DNA of 64,000 nt from NCBI GenBank assembly GCA_976226885.1, contig OZ320316.1, forward strand, positions 92,442,001 through 92,506,000, given 5' to 3'. Every line of letters begins with the position of its first letter. The stretch's first letter is position 1. Of the stretch, positions 37,025 to 49,654 are shown one piece after another. The position numbers and the translations under genes were made by a program. The DNA is from Iphione sp. A-MEVVRFRX5. Taxonomy: Eukaryota. Under the pieces are notes generated by a model, which was not told the DNA's origin, did not search any database, and saw only the letters and a list, made by a program, of their open reading frames with translations.

Positions 37025-40000
37025 AGGTGCATGGTCCCAAATGCATGTCATACCCATAGTTCAGGCTGTCTTCTCCCAGCCGACTATAGGAGTGCATAGG
37101 GGGAGCATGTTGTTATATTTAATCAGCGAGTCGTTATAAGCTACGGGAATGCTCTTACATGCATGTTAATACAAGAGTCATCGTAAACGAACCTAAAGTG
37201 ATTTCCCTGTGTTAAGGATTATATTCGACTCGCTTTATGTCCTTAATCGTTCTGGTTCTCACTATACTCGTTTCTAGATCAAAATACTTATCTTTGGTTT
37301 TGGTTTTCTGTAACAATGTTGGCCAAATTCGAGCAGAACCTATTTCTTTCCAACTACTTTCTGAATTCGTCTCTTATAATCCTTAACAAAGAGAAAGGAA
37401 AACTAACCGTGTACATAAATATGAATGTGTATTTAGAAGAAAGAATATTGGTTGCATAGAAACTACAGATGGACAGTAAAATAATACAATCATAGAAACA
37501 GAAGATATAAAGAAAGTGTCAGCCAGTTTGAAGTCAGTTTAACCTGAAAAATAAGAAGACTTAGAAGCAGAGACAGATGGACACAAAGAAAGACTGAGAA
37601 ACTTATGAACTTACTATAAACATGGACAACGAGGCAAATTCGTAGACTGACGTACTACTACAAAAATTATCAAATGAAAATGCCAAAGACGAAGCAAATC
37701 ATGTCAACAGTTTTTTTAAATGTACAATCATGCAAATGTTTGAAACGATCGTTGTTTTCGGAGAAAAAGGTTCACCAGAATGCTGCCAACTGGATCGACG
37801 AAGTAATTTGCGGCGCCAAACCATTGCAAACCGAGCGAGAAGGTCACGAATGTAATATCAAGTAAAACATAAATTTTTATAGTTAAATAATGTACAAAAT
37901 ATAGTAGCTGTAAAGAATATTAAATCCTAAAGCTCTGTTGTGATGATCATTTAATGAAAATTCGTCTGATCGTTGTCTAAAGACTAAATTCTAGTACTAT
38001 AATTATTCCCGAATTATTTATTGATTAGAACAAGAAATTCACTATGTGACCAATGGTACTTTAAAAGGGTCCAAACAATGGCTAAAACAGCGTTGATTAT
38101 ATCCATGGATTATATGTATAAATAATTGGAAACAAAGTCTAGATATGATATAGGGAAAACTTTCGTCCTTGCATCATGGAAAAACCACACTTCATAAGAA
38201 ACGTAGGACGACTCAGAAAAACTTATGTGCAACCAGAAGAAAGAAAATGCATTATACTATGTGTACGTTAAAAAACATGAGCACCAGGCAGTCGTAAAGT
38301 GGTGTCCATGATAGGTTTCCCATCTGTCTTGTACCCAATCACAGCCCCATAAGTATATCTTTGAATGGGTAGCATCATTTGTTGGTTCAAGTAGAACTCC
38401 TGACGGGTTAAAATAAATAATTAAATTTTTAAGATTACTGTCAAATACTAATAAAATATAAATTCTATTTTACTATTACACTGGCCAGTATTATAAAATG
38501 AAGAATCAAAGCCATACACTCTCATTAAACGCTTTAGCACCTTTGCAGCTAGATGGAACTAAATGTTTCTGACGAATGTCTGAACACCCTCCCCCCGTAG
38601 TTATGAGCCTGTAGGTATGTTTTCTTTTTCAATAAAACGCAAAATTGGAACAAGTACGAATAAAGTTTAACCTTTTAAACTAATACGGAATATATGTGAC
38701 ATTATGTGAAACCTGTCAAATCTATGGGAGGGGAGAAGGCTGGCTGTGAACCGTCAAGCTTCAGGGCCGCATTCTCCATGTTCCACATCAACAATGAAAT
38801 TCATCTTTCAGCTGGAAGGGCCTTGGGGGACACATACTATAAAAACTAGGAAACAAATATTGTACGGAAATAAATATTTAGGACGAAGTCCTCTGCTCTG
38901 TACCTAAAGAAATGATCCAGCGCCGTGTCGCCAGTTGAAATCATAAAGTTATGTAGCCACCATACAGCAGATACCTACCTGAAGCCAAACTGCCAACGAG
39001 TTCCGACCCGTGCGAATGAGCAACCTTTTGTAGGCTAAATGGACCAAAAATTCCTAGTTCAATTCAGTTTCGTTCTTAAACAACAGTATTTTTAATAAGT
39101 TTTAGTACTTCATATTCAATGTACGATGATTAAAATATAAATCTACATGAAATATCGTCTCCCTTTTCTGTTAGAGCTCGAGACAACGATACTCTCTAAA
39201 CTGTGGGATGGACAGTCACCCTTATGCGATATTTACCAAGCACCTATTGAAGCCTTGTAAAAATATATATCTGTGGTTTCAGTAACCTGACTGACCCCAA
39301 TTTCTGGTCAGTTAGAACATTCTTATTTTTCATTGTTTTGTGAATATCTTCATAATGGATACAGACGTAATATGCATTGTATCATTCTGTCCTGCGCATC
39401 ATTAGCTTTCACATGTCAGTTTCATGAAGATCCCAGCAGTTAAAGTGATAGTTCCATGACAATGTTAAGTACTGTCTACTCTTACCGGAAAAATTCTATG
39501 GTAAACATATGTAACGGCCAAGCAACTGACAGTATACTTTTTCAACATATTACTGGAAACATAATGTTTTCAGCCTTATCTGGCGACCAAGAAAGATTCC
39601 GTTCTGAAAGGATCATATTGACTTGCAGTTTTCTGCAGCGATCTTCTAAACAAATAACATAGCATCTTTCCTATTTGTGTAACGGAAAACCTATCAGACT
39701 CATTATTAGACAAACCTGCTTGCCCCTTCACTTGAGGGATTAATGATTAGGACGAAAACCACAAAATAAACTTGACTGCTTTGACCAGACCCCGAAAAAC
39801 ACTTTTATCTGTTCAAGAACTAAAGTTATATTTGTTTTCTGCACAAAATTCACTGTCTCGGGGAGCCGATGGTTTTTTTTTCTCAGCACAGGGTTTTTAC
39901 TTCTAAAAAAGTGAACTCCAACAGTTTGGTATGGGATTGCTATTGAAATCTTTATTCCATTGGCGGTGTACAGAGCAAATATAGGTATGGTACAACTTGG

Positions 40001-41525
40001 TGGTCACTGTAACGTGCCAGTATACATGACAGCAAAAATGCTCCAATCCACATGACGGAAATGAAAATTTTTCTACGCTAGCTGTTTCTGCGGAAGACTT
40101 CAGAAGGACGCAATAAATTAAGAGTGTAATTGTCGACGTATCCTGAACGGATTGAGTGGTGTATTTTGAATATTCATTGAAAAGCTTCCTTGATAATTTT
40201 ATGTAAACTTATCTAAGAGAGTGTTTCAAGAAGAGGGCTATACTTCAAGGTGTATGAAAAATTTTACAAGCTTGTAGTTGAGCACAGTGGGTAATCCTTT
40301 ATTTATTTTTTTCAATTTTTATTCATTTTTTTTCTATGTTTCACCCAAGCTGATCACAACATCAGAAGGGTTGTAGCAAAGGTATAACAACCGTCAACGT
40401 AGCATCAAAAATAATAATAAAATCACCATAAATATGTACAAGATTAGATATGAGGACGAAGACTACTAGTATACGCTTGTGAAGAACACACAAAGGTGAC
40501 ATGGTAAGTCATTGCATATTGTGACTCGAAGAACATTAGGACCGCAGAACAACAAGACCGCATTGACGGTCACAAAATGTTTGATTGGATGGCCATGATG
40601 CTGTGATCAGTCTAGGTAGTGTGGTAGTCTGCATACACGGGCAGGCAACTAACACAATTGGAAACAGTACGCATATGGGATCATAGGGACACTCGTTTGG
40701 TTAACAAAATAAGATAAAACACGAAACCCTCATCGATTTATTTTCCTCATTGCGAGGCAGAAATAAATATCCAAACTTCGAAACATTGACCACACATTGA
40801 GAGGTACCTAGTGACGGGACAAGGGGTTTCTAAGCCATGGCGTTTTGGCTTAATTCTTATGTAAATCAGTCGCATTGAAAGACCGGGCGGGTTTAAGACT
40901 CCAAGTAAGTGAAAAATAAACTATTAACTGGATTCAAAATTTGGTACATCATTAATCACATACAGAAACACTGACAGCAGTGGACTTACACCGAAAGTAA
41001 CGACGAGAAAAGGAAGGTAGAAAAACAACACCGCTGAGGATTTAAAGGGTTAAATGAATAAGTATTAAACAATTAAATTGTAGCCGGGCTATATAGTTAA
41101 AAACAAAGAAAACGACAAACTTCAACATTATTTGTACATATTACTTTGAGATTCTTCCACAATCGGTCCTCCATCATTAAGAGTATATGCAGAAATACGC
41201 AAACATGATAGATAAGGGTGAAAACGCGGTGCTCTTTTGATTTTTCTGGAGCAAAGCAGACGACAAAACACTCTCAAAAGTGCGGTTTTCACGGTGAGGG
41301 TCAATAAAACTGTAACAACTGGCACATATGCATTTCAGGAATAACTGGACGCTCACCGAACGAGTGAATTCATAGTTTGGTCTTGACTAGTTTTATGGCA
41401 GCACCTAGGTTATACTCTACGGCTTGAAAAAAGGAAAAGACGTTCAGAAAGTTGCAGAACGCCCTTGTAACTATTTAGTTTTTACGGGGATCAGAGGAAG
41501 TAGATCAAGGGCTATTTTAAAGAGA

Positions 41526-41657
41526 TCTAACCCCTTCGATCCTAGGAGATGTCCTTTTTCCGATAATTTCCCAAGCGGACGATTTATCACTAACTTGCTC
41601 ACCTTGCTGTACACTAGAAAAAGGTCATTCCCACGAAGTCCGAGCGAAGGGGTTAGA
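41526..41657. repeat. 132-bp foldback / MITE-like inverted repeat
   Basis: Perfect 13-bp terminal IR tctaaccccttcg (41526-41538) / cgaaggggttaga (41645-41657), plus an inner imperfect IR (41545-41560 vs 41617-41632). No clear TSD. Confidence 0.6.
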
Positions 41658-42386
41658 GTGATATACATATCTCATCTTTTTTGTACACAGTCAATCTAGG
41701 AGCGCTTGAAGAACTCCTCAGTTTGCTAAGGACAGAGTCAGTTCAACTCCATCGTATTCTTTACAGTTACAATGTACATGTACAAGTGTTAAGCCGTGGC
41801 TGTTAGCTTAGATTTGCAATGAGTCGACTTGGCAGTTTGATACTGGTTTCTACCATACATCAAATCTCGGCTGCGGCGAGCATCCGCGTGATGACGCCGA
41901 ACGACACTGCCCGCCCCCTGGTGGTGAGTTAGCACTTCCATAGTGGGTAACGGAGAACCTGACCAAAATGGCAGTTGGGGAAGAAGCATACACTACAGGG
42001 CAGAAGATCGACTATCTATCGAAGTACTGCAAACCTCAATGGTTGTGAAGGTGTGGGAATCCTCAAAGGGACAGTAAATGTCTATGATTGTCATCCATTA
42101 TAAAATAACATACACTTGGTATGAGGTCTGCAGAGGCAACTCATTGTTTACTGTGTATGGTTGTCTGTTTAGAGACCAAATGGCAGGGACACTCCGGGAA
42201 GTACATACACAGACTGTCTAATGCCAATCTATACAGGAAAACCTGCCTACATCGTTTTACCAGCTGGGAGTGTCTCTTGGCCTTCTGCGGTTCAGAGGGC
42301 AGGGATGTGGTGTCACTGAAGGAGAAGAAGGGAAGTAGGGGGGGAAGGGGCGGGGCGCGTAGCGCCCGTGCCGACACCTATCCGCC

Positions 42387-42488
42387 TCAGCTGCCGGACA
42401 GCTCGTCCTCGTATTGCTTTCTGAAGCAGTCACCTACGGGGTAGAAGTCCCAGCAACGCTGCTGGTAGAGCTCCCAGACATACGTTTC
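42387..42488 (-). CDS. RyR: RyR last exon [33 protein letters not shown]
   Basis: cttcttcag acceptor; TGA at 42389-42387. Confidence 0.97.
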   Translation of the reverse strand, partial: ETYVWELYQQRCWDFYPVGDCFRKQYEDELSGS

Positions 42489-42762
42489 CTGAAGAAGATT
42501 CAGATAACATCAAATCAGTAAATCCTTCAAAGAAATAAAAGAACAATTTCGAGTCAGTTTAAAACAACCAAAATTGATGAAGGACTACTGCTCACTCTAA
42601 AAGATACCCAATGTATTCAAAACACCAACACAAATGTTTGCCTGCGAGCCCTGCCGCATGTTCTTCTCCTCAAGGTACGGATCACTAACATAACATCGAC
42701 ATGTGATGGGCGATAACATTCATGAAAGACTATCAGTATGATTTGTTGAGATGGGTACTCAC

Positions 42763-42814
42763 CTGTCCAGTGTATTCTGTATCAGGTTTATTAATCAAGT
42801 GCATGAGGAAGAAC
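42763..42814 (-). CDS. RyR: RyR exon FFLMHLINKPDTEYTGQ
   Basis: AG/GTGAGT; conserved CTD motif. Confidence 0.97.
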
Positions 42815-43118
42815 CTAAAAATAATATGAACGATATACATTTTTATCAGCTATCATTGACATTTTTGGTTCTATGTAGGTATATGTACATAACAAATATT
42901 GCTGATCTACAACAATCGAGGCAACGAAATCGAAGCGTTAGGTGACGTAGAAAGACCACCCTTGTGTGAAATCATTGTGGTTAATAAATGTGTTCTGCAA
43001 ATACTAGGGACTAGGTGGTAGATTAATTCTTCCGTAATTTAACACCGGAAATTAAACGTTCTCAATCTATGAAACATATCTGTATACATAAAAGGATTCG
43101 GAAAGGTATGTTACTTAC

Positions 43119-43219
43119 ATGTAATTGGCAAAGTTGTGTTCGTTCTTCACATGGGTTTCGAAGCCATGCGGTACCTTGTCAAAGTAGTCCTTGCCGATAC
43201 CACAGATGAAACAGGAAGA
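43119..43219 (-). CDS. RyR: RyR exon [33 protein letters not shown] (C2H2 zinc site)
   Basis: AG/GTAAGT; conserved motif. Confidence 0.97.
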
Positions 43220-43846
43220 CTGAAAACAACAAAACCTCAGTCAGGATGATGAAGACCGAGCTTACGATATCACACTTAGTCGTACAAAACTTTATTCTAT
43301 AAAGTACTGTCGAGTAGCGCTCTTAACATGAAAAAGGCTGCGTTCTTTTAGTCCTATTCCAGAGCATATTTTTCGCCGGAAAATGACTTCATTTAAACCA
43401 CGTCTGCGATTGATTCTAAGGCCAATGTACATAGAAAGGTAAGGCACAGATTTGTCTAATTGAGTTATGGCTCGCGTAATATGGATCACTTAATCATTAT
43501 TTTTCTCTCATGAATAAAGTGCTCATTATTGTCGTTATAAGAACAGCGAATATGCTCAAACCTCGCGTCTTTAACACATCGAACATTACTCCGATCCTCA
43601 GCATATTTTGTCTAAATACAGGGTATTTTCACAATTTTGGAAAATTAATAATCTCAGCAGTGACTAGGTAGATCATAACAATAGACGTTTCAGGAAACAC
43701 TCAGCGTTTATTGGTCCAGAACTGTATTCATGAGCAGGGGATCCATACTGAGTGTGTGATTACATGGGGTATTTGCACTGAACTAACCATTACACAATAA
43801 ATGAAGATGTACTCTTGATTACTTAGAGCTAGACCAAGTTGCTCAC

Positions 43847-43911
43847 CTCTAAGTCTTCCTTGACTTGCTCCAGCTGATCTCTCAGCTCACCGAAGGCGTC
43901 AATGATCAAAC
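43847..43911 (-). CDS. RyR: RyR exon GLIIDAFGELRDQLEQVKEDLE (S6 gate)
   Basis: AG/GTGAGC; conserved motif. Confidence 0.97.
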
Positions 43912-44055
43912 CTGGGAGAGGGTGAAAAGGTGAGGGTTATTCCTTTTACCTGATTTCCCGAAGGATGGAATATGACAATAAGTTAAACATTATTATAAAT
44001 GAAATTTATGGAGATTCTCATGTATTCTCTCTCCGATGAATAAAGTGTATCCTAC

Positions 44056-44163
44056 CTTGGATGATAGCCAGCAGGATAATGATAACAAAGAAGAAGAAGG
44101 TGATGTCGAACAGTATGCGGTACACCTCGTTTGGATCACCGTCGGGGGACTCTATCTCGTCAC
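44056..44163 (-). CDS. RyR: RyR exon [35 protein letters not shown] (S6)
   Basis: AG/GTAGGA; conserved motif. Confidence 0.97.
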
Positions 44164-44515
44164 CTGGCGGACGCAAGCAGAACTAACATTTATCCACACG
44201 CAACTGACCGGGAGACTATTGGTTGGGTATACACGTATCAATATGCAAGACATGAAGTAAATAGTGCTTAAATACTTCTTAATGATTTATTAGGAACACT
44301 TATGCTCATTTAGGACCTTGAGATAATTCTGTATCCGAAGAAAAGTGAAATTTATTTTCATGTTTCGCTATATCATATGAACCCCCTACGTAACAGTTTC
44401 TATAGTTCATTTTGGCGGCTGGCGATGGCGGCCATAAAATCAGGGGCATTTCCACTCAAGGGGCTGTTGTTTATTGACTTCCGATCAACGAAGTCTACAA
44501 CGGAGAGAAACTCAC

Positions 44516-44564
44516 CTATACCCCCGCCTGCTCGAACACCGACATACAGATGGAATATATAGCA
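44516..44564 (-). CDS. RyR: RyR exon CYIFHLYVGVRAGGGI(G) (pore helix and filter)
   Basis: AG/GTGAGT; selectivity filter. Confidence 0.97.
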
Positions 44565-44972
44565 CTGAAACGAAAGTATCATTGTTCAGTATCATCAATC
44601 CAGACACTACCATCAGGGTGAAGAAATTCTGTTATGAAACGCTTCCGCTGCATTGCGTGACATAAACAACTCTGGATAAACGGAGAAAACCCCATTCGTT
44701 TGCACCAAAAATATCAACAGCAAACTAGATTTTCTAAGCCAAATCCTCCCAGTATGGACGTCTGAAGGGAGTTGGTCATTCTATTGAACTGTAGATCTAG
44801 AAATATACAGTATAGATAACGATGATCTCAGTATTCCTCCGGACAATAAACAGGCAGACCACGACCCTCCCATCTTTAGAGATATCACCAAAGTTGGAGC
44901 TTCACTTTAGTGATTTCTAGCTCAGGTCTATTTGACGGTTGTGGGAATTCCGAGCAAGAAACGGGAACTCAC

Positions 44973-45110
44973 AGTGAACATATCCTGACACTTGTAATCG
45001 ACCGTCCCTTCCTCATCAGCCTCCTTCACGTAGAATTTGCGGAAGAAATTGAAGGCGATAACCGTGTACAGGTAGACAACGATACTCGTCAGCAGCACAG
45101 TCAGCACCAG
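44973..45110 (-). CDS. RyR: RyR exon [27 protein letters not shown]...KCQDMFT (S5)
   Basis: AG/GTGAGT; conserved motif. Confidence 0.97.
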
Positions 45111-45754
45111 CTAGCGTAGACAAGATGGAGAAGACGGCGTTAGCTTCGTAAGCAGCGCTATAGGAGGAGGCATGACAGTCTGCAGCTTCGTCTCTGAATA
45201 TTCCATTCATGCCCAACATAATGTCACTCTGAGACAAACTCTAGCTTTACCCACTTGGTGCCATATGCACTGGATACTTACGCCAGTCAGGGATAAAGGA
45301 TAGGGCTAATGGTAAAGGTGAGGCCAGTTTTCAGAATAGGGATAGGGATACATGTAATACAATGTAGTAGGAAAATCGAACTGTATTAGGTGTATGAGGG
45401 TGTAGGACATGGTAAGGAATAAGGGTTCTTGGAATAGCGCTATCGTGACATACGTTTAGAGATAGAGCTAAGATAAGAGGTATTATGTAATATTATTTCG
45501 ATGTCCTCTCAAAAAGGAGGGCATGGAGGATACATAGTACAAATGAGTTCTCTAGGGTACTTCTGTGCCCTTCACCATACATGTATTTTTTTTCGTGGAA
45601 AACCTCGAAAGTTTCTAGTAACCAGCAGTTGTTACTTTACGTACTGATTAATAGCAGGTTCATGGAGAATTTGCCACTATTACAATAGCATTAAGGCTAG
45701 TATCTGGCAGTATCATAGTCATATTAAAAAGCGAACTTCAGAGTTGTCTCTAAC

Positions 45755-45904
45755 CTGTTTGCCGTTGTGGGTGACTGACTGCAGGATCGTGCCTAGCGTC
45801 TTGAAACAAATCGCCACATCAAGTAGATGGGCCGAGAAGAAGAAATAGCTGCAGAAGTTGCCGAGTACGGACATCATGAAGTACCACAGGTTGTAGAGGA
45901 AGGA
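45755..45904 (-). CDS. RyR: RyR exon SFLYNLWY...[26 protein letters not shown] (S3, S4, S4-S5 linker)
   Basis: AG/GTTAGA; conserved motif. Confidence 0.97.
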
Positions 45905-46378
45905 CTGCAGATTGAGATGAGTATAAAATATGTTATGTTTCTCAAAGACAAGTCGGAGAGATATGTACCAAAACCATCCTCAAAGCCCCTTCCTTACTTT
46001 TAGTGTATCATAGGATCCATGTCGTAGTAACCGCGCTTAGGAGGGCAATGCCAAACACGACAACTTCTCTTAGAGCAGTGTACGTTTGTCTATGACACTT
46101 TCTATCACTATATAATATATGAAGATGCGAAAATACTTCATTATACATTCCATGTATGCTAATGGGTTTATGTGCGAGCAAAGTTCATTATCGCGTGTAG
46201 TATACTGATATGGCTTCACAGTTAAAATGCTTGTGTCAGGTACTAAGAAAAACCCTATTCCTTTAAACATATATACAACTTGTACATTATCCCCTCTATC
46301 TGTCACCGACTATTACATTCATATAAAACTATGATTCGGATGGCCCGCCATTGCTCTAGCCCTGACATCGGACATCCA

Positions 46379-46640
46379 GTCAGGTTGCTGGTGACTTACA
46401 CCGACTGTCAGGTTGCTGTCAGGTAACTTACATTGACTGTTGGGTTACCAGTGACTTAGAAAATCTATCAGGATACTGGTGACCTTTATCATCAGTCTGG
46501 GTTCTAGAGACTTACACTGTCTGTAAGGTTACCAATGACTTGCACTGTGTGTCAGGGCACTGGTGACTTACATCATGTGTCAGACTACTGGTGACTTACA
46601 ATTTCTATCAGGTTACTATTGACTTACATTGTCTGTCAGA
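46379..46640 (-). repeat. About 9 copies of a ~28-nt unit that includes the RyR exon end and its GTAAGT donor
   Basis: Minus-strand consensus approx. AGACAGT|GTAAGTCACCAGTAACCTGAC; intact GTAAGT at 46622, 46594, 46566, 46510, 46426 and 46394. Confidence 0.9.
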
Positions 46641-46688
46641 ATTACACCCCACTTCCAGGCTTGGTATTGCCAGTCCACATCCACAAGG
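46628..46688 (-). CDS. RyR: RyR exon LVDVDWQYQAWKWGVILTDN
   Basis: AG/GTAAGT; conserved motif. Confidence 0.95.
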
Positions 46689-47276
46689 CTGAAAAAGAAC
46701 CGAAATGGTATCAGCTGTGTATATTCAAATATACACGTTTAGTAATATTTACACTAATGAGATATTTTACAGATTGCAATGTAGAATTAATAATGAAAAC
46801 AATTAACAAGGAATAATATGCTTCTGGTTATTCCGAGTTTAGCATGTGGGTGGCAAGAGAAAAGGAATTGAGCGAACAGAGAGCCACCTCTTACAGTAAC
46901 AGGGAAGGCGACCTGCTAGGTCTACGGTTCCCCACTAACCATTCAATCAAGTGGAATTTATTAGTTCTGGCTGGGCGAGCACACTGACACAGCTACATGC
47001 CTTGAAATCTCCAATCTTACAATACATTAATGTGCCCTTTAAATTTCTTGAAATGAAACAGAGTTAAGCCAGTACTATGCATCCAGCATCATTTAAAACA
47101 TTCAGATCGTTCGATCCTATGAATTTATGAGGCCAACAACATCATAACAGAGGGTCAGACTGTCGGATAGCAGCAGTCCTAATGTTCGCCCTCTTTCTGA
47201 GAGGTGGATAACTACAAGCACTCTCCTAGTATTATAATGGAGCTGAGCAAAGCTCAGACAGTGGCAAAATACTTAC

Positions 47277-47395
47277 AATGCTGGGAGGAAGGAGGATTTT
47301 TGCGTTTCTGGGACGCTCATCATAGGACCCTTTTCCATGCCTAGCAAGCTTGAGATCTGGTCAGGGTCATACTGCTCGGAGTACTTATTCCGCAC
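47277..47395 (-). CDS. RyR: RyR exon VRNKYSEQYDPDQISSLLGMEKG...SSFLPA
   Basis: AG/GTAAGT; S2S3 domain. Confidence 0.93.
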
Positions 47396-47924
47396 CTAAA
47401 GGGAAGGAAGAGGGATGATAAACTCCTATATGAACAAACGTACAGAAAGCAGAAATAATTCAAGTCGATCTCATTTCACCAGTGACTCACATGCGTTACA
47501 CAGGTTTTGAAGTGTTTTGTGTGCCATAATACATTCCTAAGATTTTACGGATGTTAAGTCCCACGTATAGCTTTATTTGGCTTTTAGTACACCGTCTTAC
47601 CAATGCGCTCCTCCCTTTCGTTCTGTACTCTGGCTCTGGGGTTTATCTATTTACTATCTCCAGATCTTCTGTTTCCTCCTGTCTGAGCAGCTTATTCTCT
47701 AGCCTTCTAGCTCTCCAAATTTGCCTCTTTCTTATCTTTATCTGTCCTTTATTTCTGTCCTTTGATCTTTACATTAATCCCCAGTATCCCTATCTTTCCA
47801 TCTATTTGCCTTTCTGCCCATTGCTTTTATGTGTAGTGCCTAGTTTCATTCTCATTCCGATTCGTTCTCTCTACCCCTCTGTCCATTGATCTTTCTGACT
47901 AAGTCATTAGTGTCTTGAACCAAC

Positions 47925-48098
47925 CTTCTTCTTGATGAAGCGGTCCCAATACTTGTCGGGGAAGCTTCTCGTGCTGATAATGAGCTTGTCCCAGTGCCCA
48001 CGGATGTCGTCGTCGCTGGGTTGTTCAGCCACCCACATACCGTCAAATTCTAGTGATCGACAAACTTCTTTCTCGCGCTTGAAGATAACAAGTGGTAC
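47925..48098 (-). CDS. RyR: RyR exon [20 protein letters not shown]...[14 protein letters not shown]
   Basis: AG/GTTGGT; S2S3 domain motif. Confidence 0.96.
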
Positions 48099-48192
48099 CT
48101 ACGAGAGCCAAGAAAAGGTAACGACTTCTTAGGGGCATGTAATATGAGCTGGTTCAATTTTATTACAGACCATTCAGTATATAGTATGACAT

Positions 48193-48466
48193 AGTCTCAA
48201 AGGACAGTGATAGTCTTAGTCTTAGATATCTCTAAATAAGTATCAACTGGTTACCGGGTATTTAAAAATACTTTAATGATTAATCTTCCAGCAATTGCAT
48301 ACCACAGGTTACAATTGACAATGAGTTCTTGAACTCTCTGTAAGAGTCTCAAAGGACAGTGATAGTCTTACTAATTAATAGATATCTCTAAGTAAGTATC
48401 GACTGGTTACGAGGTATTTAAAAACACTTTAATAATTAATCTTCCAGCAATTGTGTACCATAGGTA
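48193..48466. repeat. Direct duplication of ~120 bp, period ~152 bp
   Basis: agtctcaaaggacagtgatagtctta...cttccagcaattg at 48193 and 48345. Confidence 0.9.
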
Positions 48467-48688
48467 ACTATCTGTTAACAACAACAATTCTGTCAGGTTA
48501 GGCTGGCTACGGGACTTGCTGAGCCCTATATTGAACAAATGACAGTTACTGTCATGTCCAGTTATCATTATTTCCAACATTGCCTGACTAATAGGTAACT
48601 AGCATGGGAAAATATCATGGCAAGATTAGTGAGGCATGGCCATGTTGTCCTAGTAACATATATAAAACCTCTGTCATTCTGATCTCAC

Positions 48689-48895
48689 CTTGAGGCAGTA
48701 GTAGGCGACCATCATTGCAAATGCTGTAAACAAGTGTAGGCTGGCCACTAGTCGTAATAAAGGTGCCATGTAGACAACCTCTGAGTCCATGGCCAGGTAT
48801 TCCAGCACGTCTTCGTCTTCCTCACCTCCCTCATCACCACCAGCTGCCGCGTCTGACGCAACCTCGCCGCTGAGTTCTGCTGTAGCTCGGGTAAC
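48689..48895 (-). CDS. RyR: RyR exon VTRATAELS...LRLVASLHLFTAFAMMVAYYCLK (S1-S2 loop, S2)
   Basis: AG/GTGAGA; phase 0-0. Confidence 0.95.
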
Positions 48896-49567
48896 CTGGG
48901 GCATTGGAGGAAGGTAGGATAAGTGCATGTATTCGTGGTGGCTATAAATATGTATGCTACAATTGGTTAAACTGCACTGACCTGTTATAATCTACTCCTG
49001 AATAAAGGTGAGAAACAATTATCTAATTATCCTAACTTGTAAGACCCACATGGCTCAAGTTCACTACCTGTGGAATCAGGTTTTGACTCAGCTCAGCCAA
49101 AACGGCTGTTTTCGCTGATTAAATATCAAATAATCTTGTTAAAACGATATTACAACCGACGCTGCTATATGAATTACATTAACGTATGCGACCATGTGTG
49201 AAGACCATTGCGCAGCAGTACATACCAGGTAAAATCTCCGCCATAGACTATGATAGGCTTTTTGTGAGGGTGGGTGGGAAAATTAGTATTACAATTTCTT
49301 TGGTATTTTTGTCCATCTCTATGCCATAGCATACATTATGGTGATTGTTTAAAGCCTTATTTTGTTTAGTGCGTATTGTGTGCACTGTACATATAGTTAT
49401 ATATTTTAAGTTTCAATTGTACTTGTTTTGTGATATATACTTAGGGCGTCTTGATGGTATATTTACAATAAACAATTCCAATATCTGATAAAATACTGAG
49501 TTCAGGTCTTCACTTGCTAACTATAATTGAACAAGCTGGATGAACAAAACCAGAAGCTAATTCTTAC

Positions 49568-49654
49568 CTTAAAGAAGAGCAGGAAGAAGTTGATAATAAA
49601 GGCGAGTGCCAGGGCAATGAGCTTGAAGTTGTAGAAGTTACGTGCCAGCATGCT
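49568..49654 (-). CDS. RyR: RyR exon SMLARNFYNFKLIALALAFIINFFLLFFK (S1)
   Basis: AG/GTAAGA; conserved motif. Confidence 0.96.

Noticed and set aside
42121-42444. Plus-strand 107-aa ORF
   Set aside because: Antisense to the RyR last exon and GC-rich proximal UTR; no independent coding evidence.
46379-46640. 28-nt array as a CRISPR locus
   Set aside because: No unique spacers, degenerate head-to-tail units, no cas genes, and an animal intron context.
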